IMG/VR virus record: IMGVR_UViG_3300031837_000049
Location: 1-26,142 of that record
Source: a virus
Lineage: Duplodnaviria > Caudoviricetes
Length of the DNA stretch: 26,142 nucleotides
Direction: 5' to 3' (one strand)
This document shows, in pieces, positions 16,185 through 23,406 of the stretch. Below the pieces are notes generated by a model that worked only from the letters and a program-made list of their open reading frames with translations, searched no databases and was not told where the DNA came from. Made by a program: the position numbers and the translations under genes. Within the stretch, counting starts at the first letter, position 1. Each line of letters opens with the position of its first letter.

Positions 16185-16501
16185 GTGAAATTCCCATCCT
16201 TGGGACCTCCGAAAAGCCGGAGGAGAAGCCCATTGTCCGTGACAGACTCAAGAGTCTCAGGGACGAACCGAAAAGCGGCTATCCCCCAAGCCAATGCCAA
16301 TGGGGTCTGATTCAAGAGCTTGTTGCTCGCGATGATCAACGCCTTGCCGCCAAGATTGGAGCGGCCTTTTACGAATTGAAAAACATCCTCCTGAAAAAAG
16401 GGTGCAAGGTGAATCCTCCTGAAGTCTTTCCCGTTAACGAGAGATCGTGCCTTGTCCTCGTTACGGGTTGGACTCCTGAAACCATCGTGATAGAGTCCTG
16501 A
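16181..16501 (+). CDS. Hypothetical protein
   Basis: ATGA coupling; fits the gene packing. Confidence 0.55.
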   Translation: MSEIPILGTSEKPEEKPIVRDRLKSLRDEPKSGYPPSQCQWGLIQELVARDDQRLAAKIGAAFYELKNILLKKGCKVNPPEVFPVNERSCLVLVTGWTPETIVIES

Positions 16502-16502
16502 C

Positions 16503-16823
16503 ATGGCCCAGCCTCCTATTATCGACATGCGCTCTTTCATGGGGGCAGATTTGGCGGGAGTCTTCACTTACGATTTCCCAGATACGATTCTTTATCTGAA
16601 CATCCCTTACCCCGCGATCATCAAGGATCGAGTGATCGAAGAGCTTGACGAGTTTGGAGGCCCCATCCGCATCAACCTGCTTGAGATCCACGTCCAGACT
16701 TCCAAGCTCGCCGGCATCCCACAGGGAGCCATTCTCACCGCCAAGGGCGATACGAAAGAAGTGAAATCCTCTATGCTTTCGGATGATGGAAATGAACTGA
16801 TCATTTACGCGAAGGCCGCATGA
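16503..16823 (+). CDS. Head closure / head-tail joining protein (FII-like)
   Basis: About 106 aa beta-rich; E.GG, P.G..LT..G...EV....DG pattern; neck-module position. Confidence 0.6.
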   Translation: MAQPPIIDMRSFMGADLAGVFTYDFPDTILYLNIPYPAIIKDRVIEELDEFGGPIRINLLEIHVQTSKLAGIPQGAILTAKGDTKEVKSSMLSDDGNELIIYAKAA

Positions 16824-17083
16824 CCTATCTCATTGAAACGAAGAAGAGAAACTTCTTTATTGTCGATGCCGACGATTTCTATCAATACGGCAGCGCAACG
16901 GACACTTTTGCTTTCGTGGAACACTCAAAATCATTCTGGAAAAACACAGAAAAGCGGGTGGCGCTCGTGGCAGACGTGAAGACGATCTTTCCTTTCCCCT
17001 GTCCCCGAGGAGGTCAATTTACGGACAAGGGAGATGGCACTTGGCAATGGAAAGGGACGCACAAAATGGGGGAGGCCGAATGA
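16820..17083 (+). CDS. Hypothetical protein
   Basis: ATGA coupling at both ends. Confidence 0.55.
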   Translation: MTYLIETKKRNFFIVDADDFYQYGSATDTFAFVEHSKSFWKNTEKRVALVADVKTIFPFPCPRGGQFTDKGDGTWQWKGTHKMGEAE

Positions 17084-17514
17084 TTCCCAACACCATCCTC
17101 AACGTCGCAGAAAGAGCCTTGCGGGAAGCTCTCCAAAATCAGATATACGCGATCATCCCTAACCTCCCAATCTATCGCAGCGACGAACTTGCGCAGAAGG
17201 ATGTCCAGCCCTACATGATCATCCATTGCGAGGAAGCGGCGGAAACCATTGGCCCAGGTTCGGGCATCTACGAGATCCCCGTTGAAATCATCTTCCGGAG
17301 TCATGTCAAACCAACATCTCCCGATCAAAGGGATGCGGTAATAGCGGCAATCAACAATTTCGTTTATTCCAACCCTGCTCAAGTCCTAAGCCAGACGCAG
17401 GGATTCCATTGCTACGGATTCAAGAGTTACGAGTACATCAATCAATTCGGACTGGTTGCCATGCCCACAGACGACATCGTGAACGGCGTCAAAGTCACGA
17501 ACTCCCTTCCCTAA
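17080..17514 (+). CDS. Putative tail terminator/completion protein
   Basis: 144 aa immediately before the tail tube genes; helix-PY.II.C-beta-helix pattern; GGAGG upstream. Confidence 0.6.
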   Translation: MIPNTILNVAERALREALQNQIYAIIPNLPIYRSDELAQKDVQPYMIIHCEEAAETIGPGSGIYEIPVEIIFRSHVKPTSPDQRDAVIAAINNFVYSNPAQVLSQTQGFHCYGFKSYEYINQFGLVAMPTDDIVNGVKVTNSLP

Positions 17515-17558
17515 CAAAGCATTGTTGACTTCTGAGCACTTTTTGCTTAGAAGGAATC

Positions 17559-17936
17559 ATGTCTGTTATCACCGCTGGCCAATCAGGAGCAACGTGGGGC
17601 ATGGGTCCCGAAACTGGCGTCATCGCTCAGGGCCTCGGATTCAAGGTTAATCGGGAACTGAAAGAGGAAAAAGGACCGCAGGGCGATGCGGCTTTGCTCG
17701 CATTCTTCAACGCCAAGGGCAAGTACAACGGCACGGGCGTGATTGTTGGAAGCGGCGGATGGGCGGCAGCGGCTCCTGGCGTTGCTCTCGTGATCGCTAA
17801 TGATCCCCAGACAGGCAGCACTTATGGGATCACAGCGGCGAATTCCATTTACGTCGATGACGCGGAGATTCCGCAGGCCAACGTCGAGTTCAAGAAGGTT
17901 TCGTTTAACGGCACCAAGTACGCCAATATCGCTTAA
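17559..17936 (+). CDS. Tail tube-like protein, copy 1
   Basis: Position, beta-rich composition, G.....A.FN and F.K.S..GT.Y pattern. TGTTGACT lies 34 nt upstream. Confidence 0.65.
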   Translation: MSVITAGQSGATWGMGPETGVIAQGLGFKVNRELKEEKGPQGDAALLAFFNAKGKYNGTGVIVGSGGWAAAAPGVALVIANDPQTGSTYGITAANSIYVDDAEIPQANVEFKKVSFNGTKYANIA

Positions 17937-17963
17937 CGGTATGGCCCCAACTAGATTTATTTT

Positions 17964-18311
17964 ATGTCTGTTATCATCGTAGGCCAAACCGGAGCCACAT
18001 GGGGCCTGAGCCCTCAACTCGGCATGATCGCTCAAACGAGCGAAGCCGACGCCACCATTGATGAAAATCCCAGCGAGAATGCTGATGGAGAAGTTGAAAT
18101 GACTTCCTTTTTTAATCCCACACGGACAGTCGAAATAGGAGGCATCCTTCTTGGCGGTGGGTATAGCCTAGGCGCGGCGATGTCGGCGGCAGCGGCCATC
18201 CTATTGGGGAGTCCGTCGGGAACGATCTGGTGTACTGGAGTGCGTACTACGGGCCTGAATACGGGCTTCTTCGGATTCCACATCAGGGGCAAGCAATACG
18301 ACTTATTTTAA
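17964..18311 (+). CDS. Tail tube-like protein, copy 2 (paralog)
   Basis: N-terminus MSVIIVGQTGATWG versus MSVITAGQSGATWG in copy 1; shared G.IAQ, FFN and C-terminal F....G..Y. Confidence 0.65.
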   Translation: MSVIIVGQTGATWGLSPQLGMIAQTSEADATIDENPSENADGEVEMTSFFNPTRTVEIGGILLGGGYSLGAAMSAAAAILLGSPSGTIWCTGVRTTGLNTGFFGFHIRGKQYDLF

Positions 18312-18313
18312 CC

Positions 18314-18781
18314 ATGAACCATTTTTATCACACGATCGACATCAAGCTTGCCTCCTGCCTCGATTCTTTGGGCATCCCCTTCCGCAAAAGCGATCCTGTC
18401 ACCAAGGTTCAGCAGGATAGAAACGGCAGAAGTTTCGAGCAGTGCACATTCTGGTTTGATACCACCGATGAAACGAACCGCCAAAACTGCGCCATCATCG
18501 AAAGGGCTTACGAGAGAGCCAAGCCTCTCTTCAAATGGAAGCAGGACGTGCGGCTAGATCGAGCGGACGCCAATTTCCCGCCAAAGGGAGATTATTACGA
18601 GCTAGGAGAAGAGCATCCGCTTTATTATGAGATGGACGTTCTTTTTCTGCGGGAAGTCTGGCTGGATTGGCTTCGCAATGGAGCCGATACCCGCAAGATC
18701 ATTCAAGAGGGAAAAAAGACAGTGAACATTTCCACGCGAGCCAGCCAAGCAACCAAAGACCTGATCAAGAAATATCTATGA
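18314..18781 (+). CDS. Hypothetical protein in the tail module
   Basis: ATG 18314 follows the previous stop; ATGA-coupled to the next gene. Confidence 0.65.
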   Translation: MNHFYHTIDIKLASCLDSLGIPFRKSDPVTKVQQDRNGRSFEQCTFWFDTTDETNRQNCAIIERAYERAKPLFKWKQDVRLDRADANFPPKGDYYELGEEHPLYYEMDVLFLREVWLDWLRNGADTRKIIQEGKKTVNISTRASQATKDLIKKYL

Positions 18782-19170
18782 GCGATAAACCCAACCTTTA
18801 CCATTATGCCGATGCGGAGTTTAAGGGCCGCGTCATCAAGCCCAGCAAAGGGCGGATCGACTTCGCTTTTGCTGCCGGCCTTCGGGCGGGAAATCAAGTC
18901 AGCCAGGTGGACATCCTGATTCTGATATTCGCCTGCCTCTGCGATGAGGGCACCCTCATGCTGGCCCAGCGCGATCCCGACAAGTTCCTGAAAGCCATGA
19001 TGGATTGGCGAGAGCAGGAGGTTACAGATCAAGACTTCGGCTTCCTCGCCAGCATCGCCAAGGAAATCTTGGAGACCTCCAATGCCACTAAGGCCGAACC
19101 GATTGCGGATAATTCCGACATGAGCCAATTGGAGGACCCCAACCCAAACTTGCCGAGCCCGACGATCTAG
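18778..19170 (+). CDS. Tail assembly chaperone (gpG-like)
   Basis: Acidic helical protein upstream of the tape measure, with slippery C-CCA-AAC near its 3' end. Confidence 0.75.
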   Translation: MSDKPNLYHYADAEFKGRVIKPSKGRIDFAFAAGLRAGNQVSQVDILILIFACLCDEGTLMLAQRDPDKFLKAMMDWREQEVTDQDFGFLASIAKEILETSNATKAEPIADNSDMSQLEDPNPNLPSPTI

Positions 19171-19352
19171 CGGGCTATACCATGTTAATCGCGAAGCATA
19201 CCGGATGGTCAGAGCACTTCATTATCTGGGATCTTCCACTGGCTCGCGGAAATGCCTACTGTCATGCCATCATGCGATTGAACAACGTGAAAACGGAGTG
19301 GGCTAAAGAGGGAAGCAAAGAGAACATCAGAAAGGCTATCGATGCGCTTTGA
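19143..19352 (+). CDS. -1 frameshift extension of the chaperone (gpGT-like; ...LAEPDDLAGYTMLIAKHTGWSEHFIIWDLPLARGNAYCHAIMR...DAL*)
   Basis: X-XXY-YYZ heptamer CCCAAAC at 19143-19149 is in the correct phase. The -1 frame is open to TGA at 19350-19352. Not in the ORF track. Confidence 0.75.
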   Translation, partial: PKLAEPDDLAGYTMLIAKHTGWSEHFIIWDLPLARGNAYCHAIMRLNNVKTEWAKEGSKENIRKAIDAL

Positions 19353-19800
19353 ACATTCTGCTTTATCGAATTCCCTTTATCGGATGCGGAAGAGTGCCGA
19401 GAAGGAGAGCCGCAAGCTAGCAAGGAGCCAAGGAAACTTCTTTGTTCGCATCGCCCGAAAAATAAGCCTACTTCACGCTCCTGATCCGATTGAAATCCTC
19501 GATCTTCCACAGAAGCTTCATGGCCACATCAAGCGTAAGCCAGGGGTGACGATTGAGCAGGAAATCGGACGGAGAATTTTGCAGATTGGCTTGCTTGCGA
19601 AGAACTGGCGATTTTGGAAAGTGGAAGAAACGACCGGGAGGACTCGGGTATGGATTCGGGATATGGTCAACTACTCAAAAACAGTTGACGACAAACAAGG
19701 TCTTTCCAAGCAAGCTACCCAAATCGCGAGCAAATCTCTGAAAAAGGGAACTGACAAGGTGATGAAAAAAACCGTGAAAGACTTCAACAATGGGCGCTGA
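19342..19800 (+). CDS. Basic virion morphogenesis protein (possible HK97 gp10-like tail completion)
   Basis: Very basic; G.L..NW and D.V.Y pattern; lies between chaperone and tape measure. Confidence 0.45.
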   Translation: MRFEHSALSNSLYRMRKSAEKESRKLARSQGNFFVRIARKISLLHAPDPIEILDLPQKLHGHIKRKPGVTIEQEIGRRILQIGLLAKNWRFWKVEETTGRTRVWIRDMVNYSKTVDDKQGLSKQATQIASKSLKKGTDKVMKKTVKDFNNGR

Positions 19801-21214
19801 AAATAAAGCCGTAGCCTATCTGGAAATTAATTCCAAGCAGTGGGACGATGCCCTTGCGGCGGCAGGGAAAGCTCTTACCGTCTTCGCGGTTGCATTGGCA
19901 GGAATTAAAGTGGGCGACTTTTTCAAAGAGGGAATCGAGAACGCTATCAAGTTCGGGAATGAAGCCTACTTCGCCGCGCAGAAGCTCAATGGTTATGATC
20001 CCGGCAAACTTTTCGTTGTTCAGAAGGCTCTTCAGGCCAGCGGTCTTTCGGCTCAGGAAGCGCGACAGGACATCGAAGAGTTCGCTCAGGCTGGCCGTCC
20101 CTTGGAACAAATGTTCAAGGGAGGGCAGGCGGGCTTTGCCGACTCCCTAACGCGAGCAGCGAGGGAATACGGAACGCAGGCGGCGGTCCTGTCCAAATCG
20201 GCAGAGGAATTCGCTTATGTGCAAATGCAGATCGATAACGTGAGCACAAAGCTTCAAGGCTTCTTCGTCGGGCTCGCGGACAAAGTCCTCCCCCCTTTAT
20301 CGGGACTCATCTCTGAAATTGACAAGGTGGACCTCGTTGGCATGGGCGAAAAGTTCGGAGGCTATATCGTGGATGCAGTGAACACGATTCGTGGGCTTGT
20401 TGCGAACGGCAACCTATTCGACGTTCTCAGCGCAGGATTAAAGCTTGGCTTTCAAGAGGCTGTCAATTATCTGGCAGGGGCATTGACCTCTGCAATCTCT
20501 GTTCTAAGCCAAGGCAGTCTATGGGAAGGGATCGCGCAAGTAGCCATTGGTGCCCTTGCTGTTGTCGGAACCTTTCTGACGCAGATGATTCTAGGAATCG
20601 GGAAGCTTCTTATTGCGACAGTCGAGGCGGCTTTTGAGCAACTAAGGCAGAAGTATGCCAAATATCTGACCGCTATCGATCCGACGAACTCAGTTATGGC
20701 AGTGCTTGCTTATGGGGGGCCAAGCGCATCTACAGATGTGGGAAAGAATTTGAAAAATATTGAGAATGGGTCGCTTATCCAATCTCAAGAAAAGGGAGCA
20801 TCTCAAATTCAGAACACGGCAATCCAAACGGCGGCGGAGGGCCTGAAGAAGCTGGGAGGAATAAAGATAGAATTTCAGAAGGGCAACGTCTACGACACAA
20901 CCGAACTTGCCAGCCAATTTCAGAAGGCCATCGAGGCCGCAAATAAAACGGGAGCTTCCCTCGCCACCAATCCAGGCAGAATGAATCCCATCTTCTCCGA
21001 AAAGGCCGATCCCTTCCACGTCATCGCAGATAGCCTCGCCCGAGTCGGCGGCGGCGGGCGCTACATTCAGACGGGGCTTGGCATTGCGCAGAAAGCAGCA
21101 CTTGACACAGCCCGCAACACAAAACAAATGGCTGATTACATGAAACTTCTCGTCAAAAGCAATAGCGGGGGATCATCCGGGGCGCTAGCTGGCGCAATGG
21201 CGGGGGGCTGGTAA
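19790..21214 (+). CDS. Tape measure protein (474 aa)
   Basis: Ala/Gly-rich helical protein with a hydrophobic middle segment, DSLARVGGGG motif near the C-terminus, downstream of the chaperone. Confidence 0.85.
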   Translation: MGAENKAVAYLEINSKQWDDALAAAGKALTVFAVALAGIKVGDFFKEGIENAIKFGNEAYFAAQKLNGYDPGKLFVVQKALQASGLSAQEARQDIEEFAQAGRPLEQMFKGGQAGFADSLTRAAREYGTQAAVLSKSAEEFAYVQMQIDNVSTKLQGFFVGLADKVLPPLSGLISEIDKVDLVGMGEKFGGYIVDAVNTIRGLVANGNLFDVLSAGLKLGFQEAVNYLAGALTSAISVLSQGSLWEGIAQVAIGALAVVGTFLTQMILGIGKLLIATVEAAFEQLRQKYAKYLTAIDPTNSVMAVLAYGGPSASTDVGKNLKNIENGSLIQSQEKGASQIQNTAIQTAAEGLKKLGGIKIEFQKGNVYDTTELASQFQKAIEAANKTGASLATNPGRMNPIFSEKADPFHVIADSLARVGGGGRYIQTGLGIAQKAALDTARNTKQMADYMKLLVKSNSGGSSGALAGAMAGGW

Positions 21215-21215
21215 C

Positions 21216-21962
21216 ATGGCTGTCTCAATCAAAAACGCCCAGCTTCTCAGGACATGGGAAGACTCGGGAGCCATTCTGCCGGATGGTAGCGCAGAATTTG
21301 TGCTTAAGCAGCGCGTGCCATGGAACCAGCTTTTTCTTTATGTGCCGTCACCCCTCCAACCTCATCCTGATTTTCCCGCTCTGCTTTATTACGATGGCGA
21401 AGTGCAGCATGAAAAGGGAGGCATGGGCAATCTCATCTCCCGATATAGGGGAATCTTTGCATCAGATCCCACGCTACTTGAACAGGTAGACGGATCAATT
21501 TCAACGACCTCGGAGCCGATTGAAACAACTCCCAAGTTTGCAGGCCCTCCGGGAACCGACCCCGATGCATCGCCCGTAACGCGGAGCGATATAGCGACAG
21601 TGGGAAACGCCCTCGCCAACAATTCGCCGCCCTCTAGTGTCGATCCTCTTTTGAGTGGACCTGCTGCCATTCTTTATTACACAAAGAAGTTACGCGGTAT
21701 TGATTCATTCTATCGCACAGGCTTTGTATGGCGTAGGCATTACGCTGCGTCTGCAGTTCCAACTTATACAAATCTCGTCGGATACATCGTCATCCCGCCA
21801 TCAACACCTTATGCCCCTCCGACTCCGCCGGCAGGCCAGAATTATCTCTTTACGGGTATTTCATGGCGCCAGCAAGGCGGAGTTGTAACCGTTGACGAGG
21901 AGTACCAGCTTTCGGGCCCTGGAGGCTGGGACATCGATCTTTATACCTATCCCGGACCATGA
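21216..21962 (+). CDS. Tail tip / distal tail hub-like protein
   Basis: First gene after the tape measure; HPDFP.L, EPIET.P.F and E.Y.LSGPGGWD.DLY. Confidence 0.6.
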   Translation: MAVSIKNAQLLRTWEDSGAILPDGSAEFVLKQRVPWNQLFLYVPSPLQPHPDFPALLYYDGEVQHEKGGMGNLISRYRGIFASDPTLLEQVDGSISTTSEPIETTPKFAGPPGTDPDASPVTRSDIATVGNALANNSPPSSVDPLLSGPAAILYYTKKLRGIDSFYRTGFVWRRHYAASAVPTYTNLVGYIVIPPSTPYAPPTPPAGQNYLFTGISWRQQGGVVTVDEEYQLSGPGGWDIDLYTYPGP

Positions 21963-22549
21963 ACACCAAGCCTGCTCCCTTTGAGGCTGGAAGGCCGATC
22001 AAGGGTCAAATAACGGAAAGGCGCATGAACTCCATCGTGCGGAGTATTCCACGGATGCGCTTTTCTGGTGGTGGCGTTCGAGTCAGCTATTTGGGCGATC
22101 AGGTTTTTGTCGAGTTCCCTACGCAAAAATTTCCCAATCCGCAGCTTCACGCCTATTGGGTAGCCGATGCCACGGCAGGAGGCGGAAGCCCGAAGATCAC
22201 CGTCACACCAGGAACACATAACGCATCGATCACACCGACGATTTCTGGAACCGCGCTGACGGTAATTCCTCCACCGACCTTGACGCTTGGAACGAGCGAT
22301 ACCCTTGTCTATTTTCAAATCGATTATAATTCATCCAACATCGCGACAACGATTGAAATTAAGAGCGGAACATCGCTACCAACGGCGACAATCGTTGTGG
22401 GAACTGCGGGATCTGATTATAAACTTCTTTCGACCATCGCAATTACAGCAGTGGGCAGCACCTACACGGTGAACTGTTTCAATGATGCGGTGAGCGGCCC
22501 TCAGCAATATTTGCAGTGCGGAACAACCTCGACAAGTACACTGACATGA
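21959..22549 (+). CDS. Minor tail protein
   Basis: ATGA-coupled; Thr-rich beta C-terminal domain. Confidence 0.6.
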   Translation: MNTKPAPFEAGRPIKGQITERRMNSIVRSIPRMRFSGGGVRVSYLGDQVFVEFPTQKFPNPQLHAYWVADATAGGGSPKITVTPGTHNASITPTISGTALTVIPPPTLTLGTSDTLVYFQIDYNSSNIATTIEIKSGTSLPTATIVVGTAGSDYKLLSTIAITAVGSTYTVNCFNDAVSGPQQYLQCGTTSTSTLT

Positions 22550-23205
22550 TCACTCCACTTCCCTCTGAAATATGGCCAGGACCTTGTGCGGATGGACTAT
22601 CCGATGCATTCGGGGGAACTGCGACGATTACGGCTTCTATGGCTTACTCGTGGACTGCCGGGGATCCCTTGGGAGCCACTAATCCTTGCGCCGCTGATCC
22701 TGGCGTTGCAGGAACCTCGTATGATATTTCGGCATCTGCCAGTATTACCTTGGCTCAAATTCCTTACGCCAGCGGACCGCCTGGAGTAAATCAATTCACC
22801 GCTGTCATAATTGGCTGTTGTACGGGAGAGGCGCAATTCAATCTTGGCCCAATTTCGCAAACAGGAAGTTTAATAGAGATTCTGGCTGGTTGCGACCCAT
22901 GCAGTGCTACCACACCGTTTACACTTGGCTTGGTTGTATCTAGCTCATGGCTTCCAGGAGTCAGCAACACTGTCGAAATTGGAAACAATCCTCTGCCATT
23001 TCAATGCATTGGATCAGCGCCATGCACCGAAATGATAGACACGATTTCCGCAACATTAGCCGAGTTTCAGGCAGGAATCATGCAAACGGTTGATTTTCCA
23101 GTGGGAGGCAGCTCATGCTGCTTGTCAGCGGGCTATAACAACTATGGGACCAAGACATGTAACATGGCAGGAAATGCTACTTTTAAAGCTCAATTAAATG
23201 TATAG
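22546..23205 (+). CDS. Cys-rich minor tail protein
   Basis: ATG 22546 coupled to the previous stop; 11 Cys including two CC pairs. Confidence 0.65.
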   Translation: MITPLPSEIWPGPCADGLSDAFGGTATITASMAYSWTAGDPLGATNPCAADPGVAGTSYDISASASITLAQIPYASGPPGVNQFTAVIIGCCTGEAQFNLGPISQTGSLIEILAGCDPCSATTPFTLGLVVSSSWLPGVSNTVEIGNNPLPFQCIGSAPCTEMIDTISATLAEFQAGIMQTVDFPVGGSSCCLSAGYNNYGTKTCNMAGNATFKAQLNV

Positions 23206-23365
23206 AAAATACATTGGAGGAAAGTTGGTGTACGAAGGTAAAGAGCATCCTCTTTTTAGAAAGCCGATTGATCAAATGTCGTCGGAAGAATTGTCCAAAG
23301 AATTTCGCCGTAGAGCAGCAGAATGCGGAGGCTGTAACAGATCAAAAGACATTAGTCAAAAGTGA
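23198..23365 (+). CDS. Small protein with CGGC motif (55 aa; MYRKYIGGKLVYEG...ECGGCNRSKDISQK)
   Basis: Manual translation. Overlaps the previous stop and has a better start than the TTG ORF at 23214. Confidence 0.5.
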   Translation: MYRKYIGGKLVYEGKEHPLFRKPIDQMSSEELSKEFRRRAAECGGCNRSKDISQK

Positions 23366-23406
23366 ACTTTTGTTGACAAAATCAAAGTACTTGTAAAGAC
23401 TTGGGA

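Larger units (their letters stand above)
291..21451. repeat. Dispersed 14-bp motif TCCCGNNAWAGGGA
   Basis: Exact copies at 291(-), 1953(+), 5725(+), 10100(+), 12340(-), 18576(+); one-mismatch copies at 20292(-) and 21438(+). Confidence 0.8.

Noticed and set aside
23214-23396. 60-aa TTG-start ORF
   Set aside because: The alternative-frame ATG ORF 23198-23365 overlaps the upstream stop and leaves the downstream TTGAC promoter free.
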